IMG/VR virus record: IMGVR_UViG_3300020045_001708
Span: 1 to 34,840 of that record
Reading direction: 5' to 3' (one strand)
Length of the DNA: 34,840 nt
Source of the DNA: a virus
Lineage: Duplodnaviria; Caudoviricetes
In this document: one piece after another, positions 25,686-34,840 of the stretch
How positions within the stretch are numbered: the first letter of the stretch is position 1
How the letters are laid out: each line of letters starts with the position of its first letter
Made by a program: the position numbers and the translations under genes
The notes under the pieces: generated by a model
What the model was told of the DNA's origin: nothing
The model's database searches: none
What the model saw: only the letters and a program-made list of their open reading frames with translations

Positions 25686-27183
25686 TTTACGCGATAAGTT
25701 TTATGAAGATCAGGCGGCAATAGATCGTCGTAGGGCTATTGCGCAAATGCTAATGGAACAGGGTAATAAACCGTTAGAAACGAATCAGGTTGCTGGCGGA
25801 TACGTAGTACCCGTTAGTCCATTATCAGCCATAAATAAGGTTGCTCAGCAACTAAGCGGCGCTTATATCGGGCGTAAAGCTGATGACCGTGGTCGTGAAT
25901 TGAAAAGGCAGTTACGTAACGAACAATCGAAAATGGTTGCTGATTATGTCTCACAAGCTAAACCCGATCGAAGTAAGGCGATCTCATTAGTTACCGATTC
26001 GATGGTTCCTGACGAATTAAAGGCGGTCGCTATGCAAGACCTGCGAGCACAGCTAAATGCACCGAAAGGCACGCCGGGTACTAACTTTATACCGTCAGGG
26101 GCGGTTCCTGAAACGTTTGGCGGTGCGGAAGGGTTTAGATTACCCAGTGGCGATTTTATCGTAAACCGCACTGCTATGACCGATTATCAACAAGCTATGA
26201 CCGATCCTGCAAGACGTGGGGCGATACAAGCGGCACTTGAAGCGCGTAAAGGTGTTAAAGCGACCGATGAACAAGGTCGTGAGTTTTTCGCACCGCAAGG
26301 TAGCTTGAATCCTGATTTTACGAATACAATACCGAATCTTATCAGTGTCGAATCTTCAAATAACCCAAACGCTGTGAGTAATGTTGGCGCGCAGGGGTTA
26401 AGTCAGATTATGCCAAAAACAGCCGCGAATCCTGGCTACGGTGTTGAGCCGATTAATACTAAGTCGGTACGCGATCAAGTGCGTGGTGGCGCTGATTATC
26501 TGTTAGGACTCATGGACCATTATGTAAAATCAGGTGCGAACGAAGCTGATGCTTATAAGTTAGCGTTAGCTGCTTACAATGAGGGGCCGGGTAACGTTGA
26601 CCGCAATGGCCCGTCAGATGCAGGTATACGATATGCAAATAAGGTGATGGGGCAATCGCCTGCCGAAGCGGCGCGTGCTAAGGCCGAAGCTGTCATTGAG
26701 CCTGAAATGGCTAAGAAGAAGGCTGAAGCTCAAGTTACGGCGCAGTTAGATTTACCAAAGATTGAACAAAATGCAAATTATGCCAAAACGCTGATCGATG
26801 AATTATCGGCACATCCGGGCATGTCTGATGTGGTAGGTGTACCTAGTCCGATGAAATATATACCCGGCACACCAGCACAAAACTTTAACGCTAAACTTGA
26901 TCAGTTAAAAGGTAAAAACTTTTTAGAAGCGTTTCAGGCGCTCAAAGGTGGTGGGCAGATAACTGAAATCGAAGGTAAAAAAGCAACTGACGCTATTGCC
27001 GCGCTAAACACCGCACAAAGTGAGGTTGATTTTAAAAAGGAACTAGATAAGCTTAAATCTGTAATCGATGCAGGATATGGTCGAGCGAGCGCGTTAGCCG
27101 GAAATAACCGGCGATCCGGACAGGCACAACCGTCTAGTAACGAACCAACGGTTGAAGAACTCTTAAGGAAATATTCACAATGA
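25678..27183 (+). CDS. Internal virion/ejection protein with a lytic transglycosylase (SLT) domain
   Basis: VESSNNPNAVS..GAQGLSQIMP.TA...ALAAYNEGPG SLT motifs; LKGGGQITEIEG motif. Confidence 0.88.
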   Translation: MVDLRDKFYEDQAAIDRRRAIAQMLMEQGNKPLETNQVAGGYVVPVSPLSAINKVAQQLSGAYIGRKADDRGRELKRQLRNEQSKMVADYVSQAKPDRSKAISLVTDSMVPDELKAVAMQDLRAQLNAPKGTPGTNFIPSGAVPETFGGAEGFRLPSGDFIVNRTAMTDYQQAMTDPARRGAIQAALEARKGVKATDEQGREFFAPQGSLNPDFTNTIPNLISVESSNNPNAVSNVGAQGLSQIMPKTAANPGYGVEPINTKSVRDQVRGGADYLLGLMDHYVKSGANEADAYKLALAAYNEGPGNVDRNGPSDAGIRYANKVMGQSPAEAARAKAEAVIEPEMAKKKAEAQVTAQLDLPKIEQNANYAKTLIDELSAHPGMSDVVGVPSPMKYIPGTPAQNFNAKLDQLKGKNFLEAFQALKGGGQITEIEGKKATDAIAALNTAQSEVDFKKELDKLKSVIDAGYGRASALAGNNRRSGQAQPSSNEPTVEELLRKYSQ

Positions 27184-28706
27184 CACGCGACGAAATAGGA
27201 AACGCGCTTAAAGCTGCACACGCCGCGGGTGACGAACAGGGCGCACGTATATTAGCTAAAGCATACGCTGATACGCCGATTACAGATACGCCAGCATTAG
27301 GCCCGATAAATCGATTCGCGTCAGGCGTTGGCGGTGAAGTTTTAAACGCTGCGGGTAATGCTGTTGATTTCGTGCGACCCGGTTATGGCGAATCGTTATC
27401 TGAATCCGGTGCCGAAGGAATAAAAAACGCTACCGGTACAGCCGGTTCAATAGGTAAGTTCGTCGGTTCAACCGTACCGTATGCTATGTTGCCGGGTGGC
27501 GGGGTTGCTAAAACCGCGTTAGCTTCTGGCGCGTTATCCGGGTTAACATCGAAGGGTGACGATGAAGCGCGTTTGAAGCAAGCGGCTATAACGGCAGCAT
27601 TGACCGGATTAGTAGGTGGTGCAGCTAAAGGTGTAACGGGATTTACACCTAGCAAATCGGCATCCGATCTTATGGGTGAAGGTGTACAACCCACATTAGG
27701 GCAAGGCGTTAAACAGAATTGGCTTGGTCGGATGATACGCGGTGTTGAGGAAGCAAGCGAATCATTACCCTTTACCGGAGCGATAACGAAAAACGCGCGT
27801 GATCGTGGGATAAATGAATTTGCACATCGTGCGATTAAAGAAGCCGAATTGCCAGATTTAGGCATCACAGCTAAAGGCGCGCTAGGTCATGAAGCTATAC
27901 GAAATCTTAAATCAGGCTTTAACGCGGCATATACGAATGCACTTGCTGGCAAAACGATCGCATTTAAGCCACAATTTCACGGTAACTTGACGCGTGCGAT
28001 TAATAACCCCTCAGCACTGCTTAACCCTGAGGAACGGGCACAAACAACGCGATATATACAGAGCCAATTAGCAAAGATGCCATCTGATGCCACCGGTAAA
28101 TACAACGCGTCCGACATGCATGCGGTAGAATCAGAAATAGGTGCTAAAATAAGATCGCTGCCAGTAGGTGATCAGCGTCGAAGTTTGCTGGAAGATATTA
28201 AATCGACCATAACGAGTTATCGAAATTCGCAATTACCCGCTGAAACAAATAGAGATATTGCAAAGATCGACAAAGCGTATGCCAACTTTGTAAGGTTTCG
28301 AGAAACTGCGAAAGGTGTCGGCACTGATGCTGGCGAATTTACACCGGCACAATTATATAACAAAACCATAGTTATGGACAAAAACGGAAAAGCGGCATCT
28401 GGTGAAGCGTTACTGCAAGACTTAGCTGGTAAAGGAAAACGTGTTTTCACATCGAAAACGAATGATTCAGGAACAGCACCACGAATATTGACCAATAAGC
28501 TGTTGGCTGGCGGTGCGCTTGAAACCGGCGCGGCCATTGCGAACTTACCAGCCGCGTTAACGGGCATGGGTATAGCTGCGTTAGGTGCAACAAGGCCTGT
28601 TCAAAAAGCGCTATTGGGTGGGTATAAGTATCAACCAATAATATCTGAACTATTGCGAAAATCACTAACCCCAGCTAGTGCTGGTCTTTTAAACGAGGAT
28701 GAATAA
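27180..28706 (+). CDS. Putative large ejection protein
   Basis: Ala/Gly-rich helical; NDSGTAPR motif; follows the SLT protein. Confidence 0.65.
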   Translation: MTRDEIGNALKAAHAAGDEQGARILAKAYADTPITDTPALGPINRFASGVGGEVLNAAGNAVDFVRPGYGESLSESGAEGIKNATGTAGSIGKFVGSTVPYAMLPGGGVAKTALASGALSGLTSKGDDEARLKQAAITAALTGLVGGAAKGVTGFTPSKSASDLMGEGVQPTLGQGVKQNWLGRMIRGVEEASESLPFTGAITKNARDRGINEFAHRAIKEAELPDLGITAKGALGHEAIRNLKSGFNAAYTNALAGKTIAFKPQFHGNLTRAINNPSALLNPEERAQTTRYIQSQLAKMPSDATGKYNASDMHAVESEIGAKIRSLPVGDQRRSLLEDIKSTITSYRNSQLPAETNRDIAKIDKAYANFVRFRETAKGVGTDAGEFTPAQLYNKTIVMDKNGKAASGEALLQDLAGKGKRVFTSKTNDSGTAPRILTNKLLAGGALETGAAIANLPAALTGMGIAALGATRPVQKALLGGYKYQPIISELLRKSLTPASAGLLNEDE

Positions 28707-29959
28707 TGTCACGTAACGGTTCTGGAACATACACGCCACCGGCATCATCGTTTCCGGTTGTTGCCGGTACAGTTATCGAATCGGCTAAATTCAACACGAC
28801 TATAAACGATATAGCCACGGCGTTAACGGGATCAATAGCGGCTAACGGGGAAACGCCGATAACGGCAAATATCCCGATGAACAATTTTAAACTCACAGGG
28901 TTGGCAGCAGGCACTGCAAGCACCGATTCTGCACGGGTATCACAAGTTAACGCTTTAGATAATACGAAAGACTCAACTCGTAATATCCTTGTAAATAGCC
29001 ACTTCGATATATGGCAATCGGGTATTGCCGATACCGCCTTATCTAGCGATTATATGGCCGATTGTTGGGGGCATCATAACGGCGGTACGGCTATGGTTAC
29101 TCGACAAGCGTTTACAGGTGGCGGGGTTCATCCGGGCGGAAATAATTATGTTTTACGCGCGTCGTGGGATGCAACGGCGGCAACAAGCAAATGTAACGTA
29201 GGACAAGCGGTCGCTTTGCGAAATGTCGTACAGTTACGCTCTGCACCGTTAATGTTGAGCGGATATGTTCGTTTTTCAGCCGCAACGTTATCCGGTGCCG
29301 GTAATTGGCGAGCAAAAGTCGGCTATTCAAATTCATCAAATGATGGTGCGTTTAATGCAACGGACTATCATGCTGATGGCTCTAACACAGTCAGTTTCAC
29401 TAATGGCTCGTTTCCGACAACATGGACAAAATTTCAAGTGCAAGTGACCAACAGCTCAACGGCTCAGAATATTGCTGTTGATTTTGAATTTGCTAACGAT
29501 GTTAACCTGGCGACAACTACATATTATGAGTTATCGAGAGTTAAGCTTGCTGCCGAATCGGCAACGGTTAACAGTGCGTTGACGTATATTAGTTTTGAAG
29601 ATGAGCTTGAACAATGCTTAAGTTTCTGTGAAAAATCATTTCCGTTAGGCACAGACCCCGCAAGTTCGGCAGGTATAACCGGTGCAGTTATGTGGCGAGC
29701 TATTACGGCGGGAGCGTCTGCAACGGTATGTGGTCAAAGTATAAAATTTTCACGTCCTAAACGGGTGGCACCAACCATTACACTGTTTAATCCCGAAGCT
29801 GCTGGGGCGCAAATTAGATTGCTTGGAACGGGCGACGGTTCCGCGACATCGGCGGATTCCATATCAGAGAACAGCTTTAGAATTTTAGGCACAGGTAACG
29901 CTGGCGGTGTTATAGGTAGTCTTTACGGTTTACATTGGATAGCAAAGGCATTTTTATGA
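28706..29959 (+). CDS. Tail fibre/receptor-binding protein
   Basis: MSRNGSGTY...DIATALT.S...G.TP.TANIPM..FKLTGL anchor; RNILVNSHFDIWQ and ELEQC..FCEKS domain. Confidence 0.8.
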   Translation: MSRNGSGTYTPPASSFPVVAGTVIESAKFNTTINDIATALTGSIAANGETPITANIPMNNFKLTGLAAGTASTDSARVSQVNALDNTKDSTRNILVNSHFDIWQSGIADTALSSDYMADCWGHHNGGTAMVTRQAFTGGGVHPGGNNYVLRASWDATAATSKCNVGQAVALRNVVQLRSAPLMLSGYVRFSAATLSGAGNWRAKVGYSNSSNDGAFNATDYHADGSNTVSFTNGSFPTTWTKFQVQVTNSSTAQNIAVDFEFANDVNLATTTYYELSRVKLAAESATVNSALTYISFEDELEQCLSFCEKSFPLGTDPASSAGITGAVMWRAITAGASATVCGQSIKFSRPKRVAPTITLFNPEAAGAQIRLLGTGDGSATSADSISENSFRILGTGNAGGVIGSLYGLHWIAKAFL

Positions 29960-30153
29960 AACCTATTAAAATATCAGATACGATTGCTAACGGTGCCGGC
30001 GAATTTATACCGTTAAATGATGACAATCATGATTTCAAAAGATTCGTTATGTTGTTAGAGTTGGCCAATTCGGTTGAAGACGTACTGGTTATCGATAAAA
30101 ACGACCCTGATTATATTAAATTGAACGATAAAATAAAGAAGTCTAAAAGATGA
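29956..30153 (+). CDS. Small tail-fibre-associated hypothetical protein
   Basis: ATGA-coupled; FIPLNDDNHDF motif often follows fibre genes. Confidence 0.55.
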   Translation: MKPIKISDTIANGAGEFIPLNDDNHDFKRFVMLLELANSVEDVLVIDKNDPDYIKLNDKIKKSKR

Positions 30154-30320
30154 GCATAACATTTGATATAAAAGAAACGAGCACTAAACGGGGTTTAGTT
30201 TGGTGTATATTTGCCATGGTTGCGTCTGTAGGTTGGTGGTTAGGTAAGGATATAAATGGATTGGTTATAATAGCCAGTGCGGTTGCTGGCGGTTTAGGTG
30301 TGGCCGTTAAAGATAAATAA
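30150..30320 (+). CDS. 56-aa two-TM holin-like protein (MSITFDIKETSTKRGLVW...GGLGVAVKDK), not in the ORF track
   Basis: ATGA-coupled; E.ST.RG motif followed by two hydrophobic segments. Confidence 0.65.
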   Translation: MSITFDIKETSTKRGLVWCIFAMVASVGWWLGKDINGLVIIASAVAGGLGVAVKDK

Positions 30321-30362
30321 TCATACATTTAAAAGATAACGCTTTGATGTAGTACATAACTA

Positions 30363-30497
30363 ATGAGTGATCGAGGTTCTGAATTTAAGCAACAATTGAA
30401 AACAGCAAGACGGTGTTTGTTGTACGGTTTAATCTTTGCGACGACATTTTTAACGATGTTCGCTGTTGTCTTAGCAAGTATTAGTAATGACTCATAA
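30363..30497 (+). CDS. 44-aa single-TM peptide (MSDRGSEFKQQLKTARRCLLYGLIFATTFLTMFAVVLASISNDS)
   Basis: Basic N-terminus then hydrophobic helix; overlaps the next start; no clear RBS. Confidence 0.4.
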   Translation: MSDRGSEFKQQLKTARRCLLYGLIFATTFLTMFAVVLASISNDS

Positions 30498-30708
30498 TCA
30501 CATACCTCAAATGACGGAACGCCGACAAAGTATGGAGTCACGAATTACAATGCTTGAATATCGTATGAATGAAGCTGAGCGTGTCGGACGTGAAAGTTCG
30601 ATACAGAACGCTGCGATAATGGAAAAACTATCTGACATAAAGGGTGATCAAGACAAACTAAAGACGGTTGTTGGCGGTGCGGCGGCCATGGCGTCGGGGG
30701 GGCTATAA
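30487..30708 (+). CDS. Coiled-coil lysis-region protein, apparently truncated at a G7 tract (the -1 frame extends it to 30767 with a TM helix)
   Basis: Heptad pattern RITMLEYRMNEAE; hydrophobic helix interrupted at TCG GGG GGG CTA TAA. Confidence 0.6.
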   Translation: MTHNHIPQMTERRQSMESRITMLEYRMNEAERVGRESSIQNAAIMEKLSDIKGDQDKLKTVVGGAAAMASGGL

Positions 30709-30726
30709 CCGCCGGATGGTGGTTTT

Positions 30727-30936
30727 TTACAACTGTTTTTTCAAAACTGACGCATTGGATGAATTGAATTGACCTAAGTACCCTCTAAACGGATTATTTA
30801 TATCTTTAATCGTTTGAACGGTATCGGTAAACACCACGTTAAATTTACCTTTTTGTAGCTTAAACACAGCCAATAGATACGGGGGTTTAGTGCCATAGAC
30901 ACGTATAAGCATAGCTGATTCTGACATAATGCTCAT
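30727..30936 (-). CDS. Hypothetical protein
   Basis: ATG lies 1 nt after the polymerase stop. Confidence 0.5.
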   Translation of the reverse strand: MSIMSESAMLIRVYGTKPPYLLAVFKLQKGKFNVVFTDTVQTIKDINNPFRGYLGQFNSSNASVLKKQL

Positions 30937-30937
30937 T

Positions 30938-32734
30938 TTAGTTTACACCAAGTTGATTTAAATAAGATTTTGAAATTTCAACATATCGGTTTCTATCCAG
31001 ATCGTTAGGTATGGAATCAAACAATTGCATCATTGGTTTACAGTTAGTTGCGCCGGCTACTAAATCACCTGATTTATTTCGTATTTCACCTTTTGAAGTT
31101 GAGTAATACCAGCGCACCGTTTTACCTAGATAGTCACGATTCGATAGAATTGAATCCCTATACGCATCGTAAAGTTTAAACATATTGTCGTTATTAGCAC
31201 GTATTCCAATGCTAGAAAGTGTTTTAGTTATACTCACTTTAGATGCTGATTTTGGTGGTAGCGCGTTATCGTTGTAATATCCACCACCTTTGCATTGTCT
31301 AACATACAAAAACTCACAAATATCGTTACAGTTGTTAATGGTTTCTTCGATGGGTGTACCTGATTTTAAGAACTCAACTAAAGCGGTCGTTGAAATCTGC
31401 CCCGTTGGATTAGGCCAACCTGATGGGCCGGGTTCTGGCTGGGCAAAACAACCCTTCAACTTAACCTTACCGTCCGGTTTTATCGCAATGTAGTTGTTTA
31501 CATCCCGAATATAAATAGCCGAATATTCGGTATATTCTGTCGCCAACCCTGTAATCGATTCCCATTGCTTAACAATAGCGTCGCGTTTAGTAATCTGGTA
31601 AGGTTCGCATCGTGTAACAATACCGTCCGTATTGGCACTTATAATATCAATGGCACACCCTCCAAGCATTTCAATGAGTGTTAATAACGCGCCCTGCCCG
31701 TTGAGCGTTACATTTAAAAAATCAGCAGGACTGTAAAAAACAGAATACGGTGAATTTAACTTACCGAACGTGCCGTTCAATAGTGTTTTTAAGCTGTCCG
31801 CACGTTTGTCTTTTGTGATTTTAAACGCGATACGGTTCTTATAAATACGGTCGTATTCTGATAAGAAGTCGTGTATACGTGGCGGATTGATACGCTGATT
31901 TAATATTAAACTGGGGTAATAGCTGGCAACATCAATATCACAAATAACACCGTTAGTGTACCGAACGCACGTTTCTATTGAGTGCAGACCGCCTATTCCG
32001 ATACTGTAGGTGTTTTTACCAATAACCGTCGATGTAGGTAATTTATCAACAGCAGCAATCGTATTATTTAGCTGAACGTAATAATCTGAATCAAATAAGT
32101 CAGGTCGATACAAATTAGAATGATTAAACCTTAACGGAACATACGCCGACTTATCTGTATGTACGAGAGTTTTAAACACGCTTTCAGCCATTTGAGCATC
32201 GGACTTAGATCGTAAATCTATGTTATATTCAGCACTCATATCGACCCTGAGCTGAACCTGAGTCTTGAATCGGTTGTACAATTCCTCCAACACAACAATA
32301 TCGTTAAAGCAATACTTCAACAGTACGCCGCGCATTGAGCCACTTACGCTTTCCGAAGGGTCAAAAGGTAAATCCTGCAACTTAGCGGTATGATTCTTAC
32401 CGCCATACGCTTTTAAGCTCGATACACCAGGTAATACTTCGATTAGATCAATATGATCAATTGATCGGTCTTTAGGCCATACCTTTATACGGTCAACGAT
32501 GATGGCGTCACTTAATCGCTTAAGTTCAATTGTGTTAGCGCCGGCTATCGCGTGCTCAATTAGCGGTAAGTCATAGTTATTACCGTTAAACGTAACAACT
32601 GTGTACTTATGCATAACTGACGCTAATTCCGATCTGTCGAAGTCAGTACCGGGGTATATTTCAAACACCTCCCCGGTACTGAATAAACAAAGCCAATAGT
32701 CGATATAACATTCAGTATCGACAAACGCAATCAT
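30938..32734 (-). CDS. Family B DNA polymerase with 3'-5' exonuclease
   Basis: ExoI VDTEC, ExoII FNGNNYD, ExoIII YCFND; Pol motifs DVASYYPS, KTLLNGTFGK, ANTDGI. Confidence 0.92.
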   Translation of the reverse strand: MIAFVDTECYIDYWLCLFSTGEVFEIYPGTDFDRSELASVMHKYTVVTFNGNNYDLPLIEHAIAGANTIELKRLSDAIIVDRIKVWPKDRSIDHIDLIEVLPGVSSLKAYGGKNHTAKLQDLPFDPSESVSGSMRGVLLKYCFNDIVVLEELYNRFKTQVQLRVDMSAEYNIDLRSKSDAQMAESVFKTLVHTDKSAYVPLRFNHSNLYRPDLFDSDYYVQLNNTIAAVDKLPTSTVIGKNTYSIGIGGLHSIETCVRYTNGVICDIDVASYYPSLILNQRINPPRIHDFLSEYDRIYKNRIAFKITKDKRADSLKTLLNGTFGKLNSPYSVFYSPADFLNVTLNGQGALLTLIEMLGGCAIDIISANTDGIVTRCEPYQITKRDAIVKQWESITGLATEYTEYSAIYIRDVNNYIAIKPDGKVKLKGCFAQPEPGPSGWPNPTGQISTTALVEFLKSGTPIEETINNCNDICEFLYVRQCKGGGYYNDNALPPKSASKVSITKTLSSIGIRANNDNMFKLYDAYRDSILSNRDYLGKTVRWYYSTSKGEIRNKSGDLVAGATNCKPMMQLFDSIPNDLDRNRYVEISKSYLNQLGVN

Positions 32735-33537
32735 TATCTTACCATATAGCCGTGTTGAATCATTAGATCATCTGTCCAACCTTTCGCAATCATATCTACA
32801 TATGATAATCCGCTTGCTTTAGCCGTCATTTTCGGTAATGTAGGCGGCACAGGTACGTCTAAAAAAGCAGGATTCGCGGGAGGTAATGGGGTTGACGGGT
32901 GAAACGGTACATCATCCTCAACAATAAGCGGTTTGGCCCCCATCGGTACGCGTTGTTGCCCGAACGGTATGTCATTCACATTTACGATGGATGCCTTCGT
33001 TTCTATACGTTCACCTTTACCTAAAAACCCAACTGCCAACGGCGACATAAATAAACCGGGACTTTGCGCCGAGTTATTCGATCTTACGCCGGCGTAAACT
33101 TCAACATAATCGCCGGGTACAACTAAATCTGCATCGAATAGTTGCCTACGTGTTGTCGATTCGAATATTGGAGGCGCCCATCCATTATTGAACCAGATTA
33201 TCCAGTTACCGAGATACCCCTCATTTTCACAAGGCACATTACCTGATTTATTCGGCACATTGCTATCGCCGTCTGATATCTTCCATGCGAATGTGGGGGT
33301 TGACGCTAATCTGCTCCATGCTGATTCGGCTTCACGGGCTATTAGCGTGCCCCATGTTGTTTCTTTCCACGAACGCTCATTACCTTTAGCAACAGCGATA
33401 CCGAATGAAAAGTTTACAGCCTGTTTGCCGGTTTTTTGATCTATAACCGGCTGTTTTGTTGTGAAATCGACCCGCTTGTTTTCTTGATAAAGCGACCCGC
33501 CAATAATGCGCGATGGTGGCAATAATAATTCAATCAT
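32734..33537 (-). CDS. Putative single-stranded DNA-binding protein (DUF2815-like)
   Basis: Sits between the DUF2800-like gene and the polymerase; FAWKISDGD, PGDYVEV and SPGLFM motifs; Pro-rich tail. Confidence 0.6.
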   Translation of the reverse strand: MIELLLPPSRIIGGSLYQENKRVDFTTKQPVIDQKTGKQAVNFSFGIAVAKGNERSWKETTWGTLIAREAESAWSRLASTPTFAWKISDGDSNVPNKSGNVPCENEGYLGNWIIWFNNGWAPPIFESTTRRQLFDADLVVPGDYVEVYAGVRSNNSAQSPGLFMSPLAVGFLGKGERIETKASIVNVNDIPFGQQRVPMGAKPLIVEDDVPFHPSTPLPPANPAFLDVPVPPTLPKMTAKASGLSYVDMIAKGWTDDLMIQHGYMVR

Positions 33538-34592
33538 GATACACCTCTATTTTTAAGTTGTTTAAGTTTAAAACCTGTGTTCTTTCGACCGGTTAGCCCG
33601 GATATTAAATCTTTAGGGATACCCTTTGACTCAGCTTGTGCGGGGCTTACCGCTGTTATCGGCGCTTGCAAATCAACACCTAATTCTTTACCCATTTCAA
33701 TTATTTCATCTGGTTCGTTTAACCAGAATCTATCGGATAATGTCGCTTCTGCACACCATCCCGGTACAGTTTTACCCGATTCGATATCTGATATTGCCAC
33801 TTCTCGCAACGCAGATAAGCGAATACCAATTAACTTGGTGTATTCGGTTAGTACGTTCAACTCTTGACCCTTCGATTCTAAGGTGTCGGACGGCTTATGA
33901 TCATGACTAAGTTCTTCAACGATAGCTGCACACCTACTTTTAAGTTCCGGGCAATAATGCCTAAAATTGCAGTATGTACATTCTGAACCTACACCAAACT
34001 TAGGGTTATCACTAGTTGCATTAATAAACCGTAACGCTAAGTGATTACTCCATCGACGTATATCCTCAAATGTTACAACATGTCTGCGAACGGTATCCGA
34101 TGCCGTGTAGCAGTTGGTTTGCACGATAGTCATGACTACTGACGCTGAATCTGACAAGTTACATTCGGGATGCCGTAATATAGCACTGGCGGCATTAATC
34201 AACTGCCAGTTCATAAAAGCATCAACTTCCTTATATCCCGTTTTCAAATCCCAAACGTAAAGAATATCGCTTTCAATATCGGCTAACCATGCGTCAGGGG
34301 TTCCGCCGTTTTCAGGATGTAAATGTGTTGACGATATAAACTCTTCAATGTGAAGTTTAGCGCCCGGACACATGCTTTGAATTAAAGAAATGTCGTCGAT
34401 ATAATCCTTTATTTCGGCGCAAACATCGCCACCATTGCTCAATGCTACTGCCGCAAGCTCATGAAACGCAGTGCCCCTATCGGCGGCAGATATATCACGC
34501 TCTATTGGCAGCAATCGCTCTTCATGTTGAAGCGATGCGGGACATTGTACGATGCGAGCAGCCCTGCTAAGCCCAATACGCATGTGTTTCAT
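33534..34592 (-). CDS. DUF2800/Cas4-like PD-(D/E)XK exonuclease
   Basis: QCPAS, RGTAFHE, GGTPD..VWDLKTG, NWQL and C-terminal C..C.....CP. Confidence 0.85.
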   Translation of the reverse strand: MKHMRIGLSRAARIVQCPASLQHEERLLPIERDISAADRGTAFHELAAVALSNGGDVCAEIKDYIDDISLIQSMCPGAKLHIEEFISSTHLHPENGGTPDAWLADIESDILYVWDLKTGYKEVDAFMNWQLINAASAILRHPECNLSDSASVVMTIVQTNCYTASDTVRRHVVTFEDIRRWSNHLALRFINATSDNPKFGVGSECTYCNFRHYCPELKSRCAAIVEELSHDHKPSDTLESKGQELNVLTEYTKLIGIRLSALREVAISDIESGKTVPGWCAEATLSDRFWLNEPDEIIEMGKELGVDLQAPITAVSPAQAESKGIPKDLISGLTGRKNTGFKLKQLKNRGVS

Positions 34593-34719
34593 AAACCTAA
34601 TGCCTCAGCAAAGTCTGGAATCTTATCTTGATTGCGAATAAGATCGACTAATGTTTTGAAACCAAACGTATCTAGTGCGGCTTGAACCTGGTTCTTATGT
34701 ATATTACGCACTGCTATCT
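34589..34719 (-). CDS. 3' part of the junction-spanning protein (...QIAVRNIHKNQVQAALDTFGFKTLVDLIRNQDKIPDFAEALGL*)
   Basis: In-frame continuation; its TGA overlaps the ATG of the DUF2800-like gene (ATGA coupling). Confidence 0.8.
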
Positions 34720-34840
34720 GCGCAGCGACTTGTGCGAATTGCGTTATACGTTCCTTACTCGCTGGTACTTCTTGTACTTCCGGTACCTCTGGTACTTCCG
34801 GTACCTCTGGTACTTCTGGTACTTCCGGTACTTCCGGTAC
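34720..34840. repeat. Terminal direct repeat, right copy
   Basis: Begins GCGCAGCGACTTGTGCGAATT, identical to the window start; implies a 34719-bp circle. Confidence 0.95.

Noticed and set aside
30150-30320. Host assignment from the holin-like sequence and regulatory motifs
   Set aside because: Sigma70, DnaA and CsrA-like motifs are compatible with a proteobacterial host but are not diagnostic; spacer or homology searches are needed.
30143-30541. Minus-strand ORFs 30143..30328 and 30329..30541
   Set aside because: The plus strand carries coupled membrane ORFs that continue the late operon.
33534-34592. Cas4-like gene as part of a CRISPR-Cas system
   Set aside because: It is a solo DUF2800-type nuclease in the usual exonuclease-SSB-polymerase context.

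Overview
The window appears to be a complete, circularly permuted ~34.7-kb tailed-phage genome with a podovirus-like virion module. Bases 1-121 repeat at 34720-34840 with one mismatch, and a minus-strand ORF reads in frame across the join. The replication genes are a family-B DNA polymerase, an SSB-like protein, a DUF2800/Cas4-like exonuclease, an SF2 helicase, a VRR-NUC nuclease, a TetR-like HTH protein and a VirE_N/BT4734-like primase fused to an SF3 helicase. The virion genes are TerS/TerL, portal, scaffold, major capsid, decoration, adaptor, a P22 gp10-like nozzle, ejection proteins (one with an SLT domain), a spike and a fibre. I could not recognise an integrase, partition genes, tRNA, CRISPR array, reverse transcriptase or endolysin. 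The most unusual signals are: (i) a ~230-bp symmetric putative origin after the primase, with four perfect DnaA boxes, GGTGGCAG iterons and a possible G-quadruplex at its centre; (ii) a promoter-plus-terminator antisense sRNA covering the primase RBS; (iii) near-identical twin promoters that each drive an Ala-rich tandem-repeat protein; (iv) three signal-peptide, glycan-active-looking proteins inside the virion module; (v) several unannotated small membrane peptides; and (vi) a G7 tract that splits a lysis-region membrane protein. All protein calls come from motif recognition by eye; no database searches were run.
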